Origin: an uncultured Nitrospiraceae bacterium | GTDB lineage: Bacteria; Nitrospirota; Nitrospiria; Nitrospirales; Nitrospiraceae | Reading direction: 5' to 3' | Assembly (NCBI GenBank): GCA_963706325.1 | Contig: CAVPLT010000005.1 | Span: forward strand, 224,001-288,000 | Length of the DNA: 64,000 nucleotides | Shown: in pieces, positions 1 through 10,010 of the stretch | How positions within the stretch are numbered: position 1 is the first letter of the stretch | How the letters are laid out: each line of letters opens with the position of its first letter | The notes under the pieces: generated by a model | What the model was told of the DNA's origin: nothing | Database searches by the model: none | Seen by the model: only the letters and a program-made list of their open reading frames with translations | Position numbers and translations under genes: made by a program

Positions 1-49
1 CTTGTCAAGATGAACGCCGCAAAGCGGACATGGTATAGTCCCCTCCACT

Positions 50-688
50 ATGCCTCGGGTGGATTATTATCGTGTCCTCGGTGTTGCGCGCGACGTCACC
101 GACGACGACATCAAAAAAGCCTACCGGAAACTCGTTTTCCAGCATCATCCCGACCGTAATCCGCACAACACCAAAGCCGGCGAAAAAATCCGGGAGATCA
201 ACTCGGCTTACGAGGTCTTGGGTGATTCGGAGAGCCGGCGCACCTATGACCGGTTGCATTGGGGCGAGGAGCCGAGAAACGAAGCTGTCGACCCATCTTT
301 CTTTCTCGATGAGATGGAGAAGAAGCTCTTCGATGAAGGACGCAAAGAGGTCTTCGCCGTTCTCATGACGATGCTGCCGAGAGTGAAAGCGGAACTCGCG
401 ACGGTCCGCGAACGTACCGTTGCGCATCAAGGGTATGACTCGTTCAAAGTCCCCATTGTGGAGGAGCGTGCGGCTGAGGTGATGGATGAATTCGTCACCC
501 TGGAGATGGAAACGCGCAAGCAGCGTCTGCTCGAAGTGGCGATTCAGATGATGGTGTCGCAGTCTGTTGTGGCGCGAGGGGATGAGGGCGGTATTCGCGC
601 GCTTCGAGGCCAGCTGGAGGAGGCGTTTCGAAAAGGCCGTATCAAAGGTTTCATCGTTGCACTGGAGTTGCTGTACGAACGGCGCTAA
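50..688 (+). CDS. DnaJ (J-domain) protein
   Basis: N-terminal DYYRVLGV...IKKAYRKL..HPDRNP...EINSAYEVL is a J-domain with the HPD motif; no zinc finger; helical C-terminus. Confidence 0.9.
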   Translation: MPRVDYYRVLGVARDVTDDDIKKAYRKLVFQHHPDRNPHNTKAGEKIREINSAYEVLGDSESRRTYDRLHWGEEPRNEAVDPSFFLDEMEKKLFDEGRKEVFAVLMTMLPRVKAELATVRERTVAHQGYDSFKVPIVEERAAEVMDEFVTLEMETRKQRLLEVAIQMMVSQSVVARGDEGGIRALRGQLEEAFRKGRIKGFIVALELLYERR

Positions 689-749
689 GCGGTGAGGGTG
701 CAGATTGATGCGCGACCAGGTCAATAAGAGCCCGCTCACCTGTCACGCT

Positions 750-1958
750 TCACGTGTAGGAGAGGGGACCGGCCACGAATCGCCCGCGTTGCATCACTCC
801 CGCGATCTGCTCTCTTTTTAGCAACCGCCCGATATTCCTGAGCGGATTGCCTTCCACAAACAATAGATCGGCCTGCTTTCCCGCTGCGATTGTACCGATG
901 TCCTGATCGATGCCCAGCAACCGCGCCGCAGCTGAAGTGGTGGTCATAATCGCCTCCATCGGAGTCATTCCCAATGCAACCATCCGTTCCAATTCCTGCG
1001 CATTCTCCCCGTGCTGGTTGAAGGGAGTTCCCGCATCCGTGCCGAGCGCAATAGGGACGCCTCGTCGCACGGCCGCTCGGAAGCTTTTTTCATGCCGATT
1101 CACCATGTTCCTGGCTTTGGTGCGAGCGCTGTCGGGAATGCCGCAGCCAACGGGACAGGCCGCGGTGGTGGCGAGAGCGGACAATGTTGGTACCATGAAG
1201 ACGCCGCGTTGCGTCATCATTTCTGCTGCCTCGTCGTCCATGAGCGTGGCATGTTCAATGGAATGGACGCCGGCACGCAACGCATTTTTCATCCCGCTGG
1301 CTCCATGGGCATGTGCGGCCACATGACGGCCATTCGCTACGGCGACTTCCACGGCAGCCGTCAGTTCTTCGATGGTCATCTGGGCCTCATCCGGTGACGT
1401 GCCAGGAGTGAGCACACCTCCGGATGCGATCAGCTTGATGACCTCAGCGCCTGCAGCGAGCTGATCCCGCACCGCCGCTCGAACGGCTTCAACTCCAGAC
1501 GCTTCGCGACCGATAAACCGGGCGTGACCGCCGGGCATGCAGATCGCGAGGCCCGCGGCAAGAATACGAGGCCCGGGAGTCGTGCCGGACTTGATGGCCT
1601 GTTTCAAGGCAAAGACGGCATGGTCGCGAAACCCCACATCTCGGACTGTCGTAAACCCGGCCTGGAGGGTGCGGCGTGCCGACTCAGCCGCTTTCAGCAA
1701 GGTGAGGGTGGAGGAATCTCGCTCTACAGCCGCCACCACATCCGCTTCCGCCCCCAAACACAAATGAACGTGACAATCGATCAGGCCGGGAAGGACCGTC
1801 AGTCCTCGTCCATCGATCCGTTGGGCTCCTTTGGGAGGCCGGATGTCCCGGTCCGAACCGACCGCCACGATGCGTGCACCTTCGATCACAAGAGTGCCTC
1901 GCTCAAGGCGATGACCCAGACCATCCAGAATTCGCACCTGCCGAAGCGCGATGGTCAT
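750..1958 (-). CDS. Metal-dependent amidohydrolase (Xaa-Pro dipeptidase-like family)
   Basis: PGLIDCHVH, GFTTVRD, AAHAHG, SIEH, GTDAG and GKQADL motifs. Confidence 0.9.
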   Translation of the reverse strand: MTIALRQVRILDGLGHRLERGTLVIEGARIVAVGSDRDIRPPKGAQRIDGRGLTVLPGLIDCHVHLCLGAEADVVAAVERDSSTLTLLKAAESARRTLQAGFTTVRDVGFRDHAVFALKQAIKSGTTPGPRILAAGLAICMPGGHARFIGREASGVEAVRAAVRDQLAAGAEVIKLIASGGVLTPGTSPDEAQMTIEELTAAVEVAVANGRHVAAHAHGASGMKNALRAGVHSIEHATLMDDEAAEMMTQRGVFMVPTLSALATTAACPVGCGIPDSARTKARNMVNRHEKSFRAAVRRGVPIALGTDAGTPFNQHGENAQELERMVALGMTPMEAIMTTTSAAARLLGIDQDIGTIAAGKQADLLFVEGNPLRNIGRLLKREQIAGVMQRGRFVAGPLSYT

Positions 1959-2557
1959 GGCGTCTTACTGATAGGGATGGTGACGATGATGCCGCCCATG
2001 ATGTCATTGAGCGCATAGTCACGGCGCGGGCTGTTGGCGTGACTATTGTGACAGGAGACGCAGCTCTCGGACACCGCCCGGTCGGCGTAGATACCTTGGA
2101 AATAGCGGACACCAGCCTGTTGATAGAAACCGGTGAACGGTTTGTCGGGAGTCTTCATGACCGCCTCCAGCCCGCGCCGTTCGAAATCGCTGTTGGGACC
2201 ATTCCACACATAGATCGGTGTGAGGCTGGCAAGTCGAAAACTAAGTTTGAGATCTTTTTGCGCCACCAATCGGCCGGATTCGAGTAGGAATTGGGCCGGC
2301 AAAGGAAGGCCTTTTTCTTCCTTCCAATGTTCCAGCGCTTCGACCACGCCTTGATTGTGCAGTTTGTCGACGACGTTCTGTGTGTAATTGGCACGATTCG
2401 CATCGATCACGGCTTGAATGAAGCCGGTGACGCGTTCGGGTGCCACCATATCCGCGCGATGGGATTCAGCCACCGCGAGAGCGATGACCCAATAGGTGAT
2501 GGCGGCCACGAAGCCCGCAACCCCGGCGGCCACAATCCATAACCCGCTTCGACTCAT
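1955..2557 (-). CDS. Membrane-anchored monoheme c-type protein (DUF3365/Tll0287-like)
   Basis: N-terminal TM helix; PLPAQFL; N-x-P-x-x-D-FE; CVSCH heme-binding motif; GGIIVTIP end. Confidence 0.8.
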   Translation of the reverse strand: MSRSGLWIVAAGVAGFVAAITYWVIALAVAESHRADMVAPERVTGFIQAVIDANRANYTQNVVDKLHNQGVVEALEHWKEEKGLPLPAQFLLESGRLVAQKDLKLSFRLASLTPIYVWNGPNSDFERRGLEAVMKTPDKPFTGFYQQAGVRYFQGIYADRAVSESCVSCHNSHANSPRRDYALNDIMGGIIVTIPISKTP

Positions 2558-3768
2558 GCGCTCCTCCTCGCCGACCGCTGTGAACCGGTATATATTTCAA
2601 CTGCTGCTTCAACCGCCCGCCCAGGATGCGTCAGCCGCCCCTTATCAGTAAAGATCTCTTCCAGTACGTTCAGGAATGTCAGGACATGGGCTTGCTGGCA
2701 GGATTCGCCCATGAGGCCGATGCGCCATACTCGTCCTCGCAGGGGTCCAAGCCCTCCGCCGATTTCAATGCCATAGTCTTTCAACAGCCGTGCCCTGACC
2801 ATCGCATCGTCCATCCAGTCCGGTAGCGTGACACAATTGAGCATCGGGAGTCGATGGCCGGCAGGGGGAAGGGGGTTCAGGTCCAGCGTCTGCAGTCCGG
2901 CCATCAAGGCGTTACTGTTGAGTTGATGGCGAGCTATGCGGGTTCCAAGCCCTTCCTCCTGCACGAGCCGCAGGGCTTCCCGTAGTCCATAGAGCATCGA
3001 GATCGGTGCGGTGTGGTGATAGGCGCGGGTCCGATCGGCCCAATACTCAGCGATCAGAGAGAGATCAAGGTACCAACTGTGACAGGCAGTCTGCCGCTGG
3101 TGGATGCTATGGACTGCTCGCGAGCTCAGGGTGAGCGGAGCGAGTCCGGGCGGACAGCTCAGGCACTTTTGGGTGCCGCTATAACAGGCATCGATCCCCC
3201 AGGCATCGACTTCTACGGGAACACCTCCGAGCGAGGTCACGGCGTCAACGATCAATAATGCATCGTGTGTATGGCACAGGGCTCCTACTTCGTCCAACGG
3301 TTGCCAGGCGCCGGTCGATGTTTCTGCATGGACTAGAATCACGGCTTTCACCGGAGCTGAACGTGCGAGTTGGTCCTGCAGTACATCGAGAGGAATCGTC
3401 GTTCCCCAGGGTACCTCGATGCGGAAGGCTGTGCCACCGCTCCGTTCGACCATGGTCGCCAGCCGGGAACCGAAGACACCGTTGACGCCCACGATTGCAC
3501 GATCGCCGGGCTCGATCAGATTCGCGATGACGGCCTCCATCCCGGCGGAGCCGGTTCCGGACAGCGCGATGGTGAATTCGTTCTGAGTCCGGAACGTTGC
3601 TCGAAGCAACGTTTGGATCTCATCCATGAGGCCCAGGAATACCGGGTCGAGGTGGCCGAGTAACGGCAGCGAGAGCGCATGCAAGACACGCGGGTGTATC
3701 AGGCTTGGGCCTGGACCCATGAGCAGTCGATGCGGGGGAATGAAGTCTTGGTACAACGTCGTACTCAT
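2554..3768 (-). CDS. Alanine-glyoxylate / serine-pyruvate aminotransferase (PLP class V)
   Basis: LMGPGPS, SGTGSAGME, VHAETSTG, DAVTSLGG, YSGTQKCL (PLP Lys), YHHT, WRIGLMG; start moved to ATG 3768 (MSTTLY). Confidence 0.92.
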   Translation of the reverse strand: MSTTLYQDFIPPHRLLMGPGPSLIHPRVLHALSLPLLGHLDPVFLGLMDEIQTLLRATFRTQNEFTIALSGTGSAGMEAVIANLIEPGDRAIVGVNGVFGSRLATMVERSGGTAFRIEVPWGTTIPLDVLQDQLARSAPVKAVILVHAETSTGAWQPLDEVGALCHTHDALLIVDAVTSLGGVPVEVDAWGIDACYSGTQKCLSCPPGLAPLTLSSRAVHSIHQRQTACHSWYLDLSLIAEYWADRTRAYHHTAPISMLYGLREALRLVQEEGLGTRIARHQLNSNALMAGLQTLDLNPLPPAGHRLPMLNCVTLPDWMDDAMVRARLLKDYGIEIGGGLGPLRGRVWRIGLMGESCQQAHVLTFLNVLEEIFTDKGRLTHPGRAVEAAVEIYTGSQRSARRSA

Positions 3769-4019
3769 TATATGAATTGATCGTCGGCCGGCTTCATCGT
3801 GGCTTGCCCGCGCCGAGGGACAGTATAACGAAACGGGGTGGGATTCGGCCATGGGCTTGTCGGTCGGTTCGTGCGGTGACCTGCTTTCTTTGTGAGATTT
3901 CTCGCCGGAGGTCGATTCAGTTTCGCCTCTCGAAAGGCCGATAGTATATACTCCGGCGCTCGCGAGGATTTCGTGGAGACGTACCAACCCATTCTATCGA
4001 CTTCCCATGAGGCGCGGCG

Positions 4020-5465
4020 TTGACTCCCGTCGTGGGCGCGCCGCCGCCGCGGTATCCGTACAACCCTGACTTTTCACGGGCGATCACATGGCTGTCTGCG
4101 GTGGTGCTTTCTGCATCGATTGCGGTGGTCGCATGGCTATCTTTCGATGTCCCCCGTGTGGATCGAGTGCCTGATGCCGAACGCGCACTTGCCCATATGG
4201 TAGGCCGCTTAATGGATTTAGGAGAAGGCCTCAAGACTCTCCCCATCTGGGAGCAGTTTCTCTATGAAGTCACAATGGGCAGCGATGCTAACGATCGGGC
4301 TCAGGCGATCGACTGGTATCGCGAGCTGGCCGAGGAGTCGCCCGATCCATTGGTGGATTTACATTTGGCGATCCTAGAAGGCGAAGCCGGGCGTCTTCAG
4401 GATGTCCAGGATAAAGTTGTCCGATGGGGGCGGCAGAGCGCGCCCTACCCGCTATTTGCCAGGTTTGTTCAAGCCGGGTATATCGACGGCCACACGTCTC
4501 CCACCTCTGCCTTCGACTTGCAGGCTCACCTCGCGGAGCAGCCGCTTACTGGTTGGTTCTACAGCCGTCTGGCCATGCGTATTGCAGAGCGGTCAGGGGA
4601 CCGGCCGTTATTGGCGACGATTGAAGCCTCCTCTCAGCAACGAGGGGAGGCGTTATTGTGGCGGTCCCGCGCCTTTGCCGCTCTCGAATCGGCGCTCATG
4701 GCCCTGGGCCTGCTGGTGTTGGTGTGGTGGATCGGGCAAGGGAACCGCGCGGCCCTGTTTCGTGTGGGCTCTGCCGAGCTGCCGCCCTTGTGGGCGGGCC
4801 GGCTGGCGGTGGGTGTCTTACTACGTGGAGGCGCCGTCGGTGCGCTGCTCACCGTGGCATTTCTCTTTACCGGGATCGAGTATCCATCCTTACGGGTTTT
4901 AGCCGTGCCATTATCGAATCTGCCTCTCTTGGCGCTGGCATACTACCATCTGTTTCGACCGCAACGACAGACATTGTGGTCAGGGTTCGGGTTGCGCGTT
5001 GACCCGCGGCACCTGGGACGTTTAGGACTCGCCGTTCTCGCGGTTGTGGCCTGTGGACTCGTCGGCGAGTGGGCGATGGGCCGGATCGCGGAGCCGTTGA
5101 ATCTGGTCAGCCATTGGACCGAGTGGTTCGATGCCGATTTGGTGTGGGGTGCGCCGTCAACGCTCGCTGTCAGTCTGATGGAATATGTACTGTTCGCGCC
5201 GGTCTTCGAAGAACTGGCGTTTCGAGGCTTGTTGTTCGGCCTTCTCCGACGCCGGTATCAGTGGTGGCCTGCTGCCATGCTCAGCGCGGCGTTATTCGCC
5301 CTCGCGCATGGCTATGGGTTGATCGGCTTCCTCAGTGTGTTTTGGAGCGGGCTCATTTGGGCCTGGGCCTACGAACGAACCGGCAGTTTATGGCCGGGGA
5401 TCATCGGCCACGCCATCAACAACCTCCTTGTCTGTCTGAGTGTGATGGCCCTGCTGCGAAGCTAG
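4020..5465 (+). CDS. CPBP (CAAX/Abi) family intramembrane metalloprotease with N-terminal extension
   Basis: APVFEELAFRG, FALAH and HAINN motifs; multiple TM segments; start uncertain. Confidence 0.85.
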   Translation: MTPVVGAPPPRYPYNPDFSRAITWLSAVVLSASIAVVAWLSFDVPRVDRVPDAERALAHMVGRLMDLGEGLKTLPIWEQFLYEVTMGSDANDRAQAIDWYRELAEESPDPLVDLHLAILEGEAGRLQDVQDKVVRWGRQSAPYPLFARFVQAGYIDGHTSPTSAFDLQAHLAEQPLTGWFYSRLAMRIAERSGDRPLLATIEASSQQRGEALLWRSRAFAALESALMALGLLVLVWWIGQGNRAALFRVGSAELPPLWAGRLAVGVLLRGGAVGALLTVAFLFTGIEYPSLRVLAVPLSNLPLLALAYYHLFRPQRQTLWSGFGLRVDPRHLGRLGLAVLAVVACGLVGEWAMGRIAEPLNLVSHWTEWFDADLVWGAPSTLAVSLMEYVLFAPVFEELAFRGLLFGLLRRRYQWWPAAMLSAALFALAHGYGLIGFLSVFWSGLIWAWAYERTGSLWPGIIGHAINNLLVCLSVMALLRS

Positions 5466-5622
5466 CGAGGTGACTTTTCTGATCAAGTTCGCGCTGCCTT
5501 CGTCACCGACCGTCGCCCGCCCCTAATCACCCTGGTCATAGATGCTCGATCCTGCGACCCCCTGGCGGTGTCAGGAGCAAGGGGAGTCGTGCGTTATCCC
5601 ATGTCGAGCCGACGACCGTGAC

Positions 5623-6219
5623 TTATAAGGCCCTGTGGGCCGTGACGATGAGAATTTGGGCCGGTCTCTGGCTCTTGTTCCGCCAGCAGTGCGGGCTGCC
5701 CGCTGGAATGCCTGCAGCATCGCCACGCTTGAGGTCGTGGATATCCTCTTCAAGCGTCAGTTCGACGGTCCCTAGGAGGACGACCGCCAATTGCTCGGCT
5801 CGCCGAACGTAGGGTTTATGTCCACTCTTTCCACCCGGTTGAATGGTGATGACCATGGGTTCCAACTGGCTGTCTTGATTGAACGGCCCCAACGCTTCAA
5901 TTTTAGCGCGGGACCATTCGCTCTGGACCATCGATCGTGCGTTGGAGCGGATGATTGCCGGCAAGGGCGGGTCTACCGCCCGAAAAAACTCTCCCAGGGT
6001 GACACCGAGCGCAGAGGCGATCTTCTCCGTGGAGGCGATTGAGGGCGAGGCCTGGCGCAGTTCAACTTGCGAAATGAAACTGGGAGAGAAGCCGCATTTA
6101 TCGGCGAGCGTTCGCACCGAGAAATGACGTGTTTTTCGCAGATGGCGAACAATATCACCGACGTGCACTTCAGCTTTTTGTGGGGGCGCTTTGATCGACC
6201 GGACGGTTTTCTTCGGCAC
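5623..6219 (-). CDS. XRE-family HTH regulator with cupin domain
   Basis: VGDIVRHLRK...LADKCGFSPSFISQVE...PSI HTH; C-terminal cupin (PHCWRN); start at GTG 6219 is inferred. Confidence 0.88.
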   Translation of the reverse strand: MPKKTVRSIKAPPQKAEVHVGDIVRHLRKTRHFSVRTLADKCGFSPSFISQVELRQASPSIASTEKIASALGVTLGEFFRAVDPPLPAIIRSNARSMVQSEWSRAKIEALGPFNQDSQLEPMVITIQPGGKSGHKPYVRRAEQLAVVLLGTVELTLEEDIHDLKRGDAAGIPAGSPHCWRNKSQRPAQILIVTAHRAL

Positions 6220-6448
6220 AGTGTCAATCCACTGATGGTTTGAGACCAGCAATTAGGAAACTATCGTACGCCCCGGGCGCGGCGCTCACCTGTGTAGCAT
6301 GTTTTCTCAGTGAGTCTCAAGCGGCCAGGGACGTGCGCTGGCCGCTCCTATCCGTTTCCAATCTAGGCCACCGGAGATACCCCCGCGAACCGGGGAGTCC
6401 TAGAGATTTCCCCACTGCCTGGTTCATTCCGAGTAATCACATGCTGGC

Positions 6449-6471
6449 TATGTCCAGCCCTACTGGACATA
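6449..6471. promoter_or_regulatory. Perfect 9-bp inverted repeat, candidate operator
   Basis: TATGTCCAG-cccta-CTGGACATA in the divergent intergenic region. Confidence 0.45.
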
Positions 6472-6619
6472 TGTTAATCTGAAAAGGACAGGGTTGTTTA
6501 CGTTCACGGGTATCCAGCCAGAGAAGGCTGTCGAGCACTAGGGGATATACTGTCCTGATGCGTGGCGTGCGGGCGATACGTTCGATGGATACGACACTAA
6601 AGGAGAGGAATCGCCATCG

Positions 6620-7993
6620 ATGAAGGACAAAGCCGCGCTCGCGACTCTGGTGATTTTTCTCGGCGGTTTTGCCGTCTTGTGGCTGACGGGAGTGACGAGT
6701 ACAAGACATCTCATCGACAACATGGTGGCAGGGTATTTATTGGCGTGGGGGTTGTATGTTTTTTTATCCGACGTCCCGCGCAAGGAAATTCGGGCGCGAT
6801 TTCTCCTCATGACGGTGGTCGGGGCAACTCTGCTCGGGATAGCCGAATTCTTTGGCGTGGTGGGTGTGATCAATTACCAAACCCTGCTAGGCACCCAAGG
6901 GCGGATATGGTTTGACCGGCCAGGCTATGTTCACGATTCTGAGTTGGGGTACAGGCATGAGGCACATTATCGTGAACGAGGCGTCTTTGTCCGGGGAAAC
7001 ATCGGCGAAGCCCTATGTCTTCCAGCTCATCCGCCTGAAGAGTTCGACCTTCGGTATGACCAGCACGGATTTCGTAACGACGAGGATATGGAAAGGGCGG
7101 AGGTAGTGGTGGTCGGCGATTCGTATGTGGAGTCGCCTATGCTGCCCAAATCAGCGTTGTTGACGACCGTTATGGAAAAATCGCTTGGCGCTCCTGTCGT
7201 CAATTTGGGGATCAGCGGATATGGTCCCGAACAGGAACTCATTGTCCTGAAGCGCTATGCGTTGAAGGTACAACCCAAGACGATTGTGTGGATGTTCTTC
7301 GAGGGAAACGATCTTCTGCAGTTGGACCCCGAGGAGCAGGACACCGAAATAGCCCTCGCTGATCCGGGGGCTCGATATGACAAATATTGGATGCGGTCGC
7401 TGACGCGCAATTTATTGGTCCTGTCAAAAAGCGCAGCCCGAGGCTGTGTGCCCCACCAGACCTATTTGCAGTATCGGGGAGCATTTCAGGAGGCGGGCGG
7501 GAAACAAACCGAAATGTTCTTCTGGGAGAAGCCGATACCCCTGAAGGCGACTGATCGTCTCCGGCTCGAACGGTTTCAAGCGATTCTAACGGAGGCGCAT
7601 GAGTTGTGCCGGCAACAGGGAATTCGGCTCGTGGTGGCCTTTGCGCCAGTCAGCTATCGGGTACACCAGGGGTTGGCAAACTTTGAACCGTTGACCCCAG
7701 AAATGAAGGAGTGGCCGCTCAATAATCTGCCTGACGAACTGGCGCACCTGCTACGGGCGATTTCTCCGGACATTGATTTCCTCGATCTGACTCATCCGCT
7801 CAGAACAGCTGCCGCCTCCGGGGTGTTGACGTATCTGCCTGACGATACGCATTGGACCGCCCACGGGCAACGCGTTGCGGGGCAGGCGCTCTATCAACGC
7901 GTCACGGCGATAGCCTCACGACCCACCTCGAGCGCGAATGCCTTGGGGCGTGAGTTCTTCACCTCGCGGCGAGGGTGGTTGCATCACCTCTAG
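6620..7993 (+). CDS. Membrane-anchored SGNH-fold protein (AlgX/AlgJ-like O-acetyltransferase or esterase)
   Basis: 3 N-terminal TMs; VVGDSY, NLGISGYGP, GND and DDTHWT blocks; AAGGAG RBS. Confidence 0.8.
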   Translation: MKDKAALATLVIFLGGFAVLWLTGVTSTRHLIDNMVAGYLLAWGLYVFLSDVPRKEIRARFLLMTVVGATLLGIAEFFGVVGVINYQTLLGTQGRIWFDRPGYVHDSELGYRHEAHYRERGVFVRGNIGEALCLPAHPPEEFDLRYDQHGFRNDEDMERAEVVVVGDSYVESPMLPKSALLTTVMEKSLGAPVVNLGISGYGPEQELIVLKRYALKVQPKTIVWMFFEGNDLLQLDPEEQDTEIALADPGARYDKYWMRSLTRNLLVLSKSAARGCVPHQTYLQYRGAFQEAGGKQTEMFFWEKPIPLKATDRLRLERFQAILTEAHELCRQQGIRLVVAFAPVSYRVHQGLANFEPLTPEMKEWPLNNLPDELAHLLRAISPDIDFLDLTHPLRTAAASGVLTYLPDDTHWTAHGQRVAGQALYQRVTAIASRPTSSANALGREFFTSRRGWLHHL

Positions 7994-8767
7994 TGCTACG
8001 TAGATGTCAGGGTGTCGAAACGTATAATGAAAGTGTTCGACCAGTTTCTTATTATGAATGCATTTTCCTGATGTCGTATCGCTCTCCTGTCGTGGGCTGA
8101 CGATCCCCCACCGCCTGGAGGCCTCCGCGCAGATATCCGCCCAAGGTCGCGGTTGACCATCACTCACATTGTAGACCTCGCCGGCTTGCCCGTCCTGCAG
8201 CGCCAAGAGACAGAGGCGCGCCAGGTCTTCAACATGGATGAAATTTACCATCTTAGTAGTCGGCCCGACCCGTCCTTGCCTGATCCATTCCAAGGGGCTG
8301 CGTTGCGGGCCGTAAATGCCGGCCGCCCGCAGGATGATCGCCCCATGTTCGCTGCGCAAGTATTCCTCGCCCTGGACGCGCAACAGGTTGGTATTGATCG
8401 GGCTGGTCTCGTCGATCCAGCGAGCAGGGGCCGCGGCATCACCACTCTCGGTGTCATAGGCCGACGTGCTGCCCAGGACCACCAGCCTTTGAGGCGGCCT
8501 GCAATAGTGCCGTCCAAAGGCCTGCACGTGCGCCAGGGGGGTCGCTGGAAAGGTCCAGATCAGGTCTGCGCCCGGCGGCAGCGATGACCAGCTCGCGGGG
8601 TCCGCAAGGTCGAATCGAAGGCGGGCCTGCGGCTCGACATAGGTCAGGTGAATGTCAGGCCGGCGACTGCTGGCCTGGATCGGCAGAGACTGCTGTCCGG
8701 CCACTCGATACAGGTATCGCCCGGTGTAGCCGGATCCTAAAATAATAAGGGGGCGCTGAGGAGGCAT
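7916..8767 (-). CDS. NAD-dependent epimerase/dehydratase (atypical SDR)
   Basis: ILGSGYTG, STSAY, LRAAGIYGP, NFIHVEDLA, YNVSD. Confidence 0.85.
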   Translation of the reverse strand: MPPQRPLIILGSGYTGRYLYRVAGQQSLPIQASSRRPDIHLTYVEPQARLRFDLADPASWSSLPPGADLIWTFPATPLAHVQAFGRHYCRPPQRLVVLGSTSAYDTESGDAAAPARWIDETSPINTNLLRVQGEEYLRSEHGAIILRAAGIYGPQRSPLEWIRQGRVGPTTKMVNFIHVEDLARLCLLALQDGQAGEVYNVSDGQPRPWADICAEASRRWGIVSPRQESDTTSGKCIHNKKLVEHFHYTFRHPDIYVALEVMQPPSPRGEELTPQGIRARGGS

Positions 8768-8867
8768 CTGGACATCATACCCCAACTGTACCCTGGTTCA
8801 CCGTTTGCGCGTTCTGCCGGGCCCATCCTGGTCTCCGGAGCGGAACGCATGCTAGAATCCCGCCCCG

Positions 8868-10010
8868 ATGACACCTTTCAAAGAACGACAGGAGGACACT
8901 CAGGCCCTCGCGGGCGGGTCAACTGAGGCGTCAGCGCGTCGGAGGCAAAACCTCATGGTCGCGATGGCGGGCCTGCTGGCCTGCCTCTTTTTTGTGCTGG
9001 ATCTCCTGCTGCCGTTGGGACTGGCCGATGCGGTCTTGTATAGCGCCGTGGTGTTTCTGTCCGCAGCCAGCCGGTACCGGCGTCTGCCTGTCGTGACGGC
9101 GACGGCCTGTTCCCTGCTGACATTTATCGCCGCGCTGTTCAGTCCGCGCGTACCGGGTCTGCCAGTCTGGTTTGAATGGAGCAATCACCTGCTTAGCCTG
9201 TTCGGTGTGTGGGCTCCGGTCGCCTTCGTGTATCAGCGCCGACGTACCGAATGGCTCCTTAAGGACGCCAACGAGCAGCTGGAACAACGGGTGGAAGAAC
9301 GCACCGCGGATCTCGCAGCCAGCCGTCAGGCACTGGTGCGAAATGAGGAACAGCTGCACACGTTGACGGGTCGGATTCTCACGGCTCAAGAAGAAGAGCG
9401 CCGGCGGATCGCACAGGATCTGCATGATGATGTAAACCAGCGCCTGGCATTGCTCATGCTGGAATTGCAGGGTGTCGATCGGCGACTCGGCCTTTTGTCG
9501 ACTGAAGCCCAGGAGGAAGTTCGCCATGTGCTGAAAGGGCTGGAAGAACTCTCGGACGATGTGCGGTATATGGCGTACCGGTTCCATCCATCGATCTTGG
9601 ATGATTTGGGGCTGAAGGCGGCGTTGCAGCGGTTGCTCGATGATTTTTCAAGTCGATCCGGAGTGAAGGCCCTCTTCGTTCATCAGCCGCTCGACCATGC
9701 GCTCGATAAAACTGCTGCAACGGCCTTGTATCGAGTCGTTCAGGAATGCCTCTCGAATATTGCCCGCCATGCGAAGGCTTCAAGGGTTGAGGTGGAAGTG
9801 ACGTTGGAAGAAGAGGGCATAGTCGTGGTGGTGCGTGATGACGGCATGGGGTTTGATCAGATGGCCGTTGGTCGGGCGGTCGGTGGCTTAGGATTACTGA
9901 ATATGCGGGAGCGTCTGTTGGCGGTGCATGGATCCTGCGAGGTGGAATCCACACTGGGGAGCGGGACGATCGTGTCGATGTACGTGCCGCTGGTGCGGGT
10001 GACGACATGA
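8868..10010 (+). CDS. Membrane sensor histidine kinase (HisKA_3, NarX/UhpB-like)
   Basis: About 4 TMs; QEEERRRIAQDLHD H-box; QECLSNIARHA, DDGMGF, GLGLLNMRERL. Confidence 0.93.
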   Translation: MTPFKERQEDTQALAGGSTEASARRRQNLMVAMAGLLACLFFVLDLLLPLGLADAVLYSAVVFLSAASRYRRLPVVTATACSLLTFIAALFSPRVPGLPVWFEWSNHLLSLFGVWAPVAFVYQRRRTEWLLKDANEQLEQRVEERTADLAASRQALVRNEEQLHTLTGRILTAQEEERRRIAQDLHDDVNQRLALLMLELQGVDRRLGLLSTEAQEEVRHVLKGLEELSDDVRYMAYRFHPSILDDLGLKAALQRLLDDFSSRSGVKALFVHQPLDHALDKTAATALYRVVQECLSNIARHAKASRVEVEVTLEEEGIVVVVRDDGMGFDQMAVGRAVGGLGLLNMRERLLAVHGSCEVESTLGSGTIVSMYVPLVRVTT

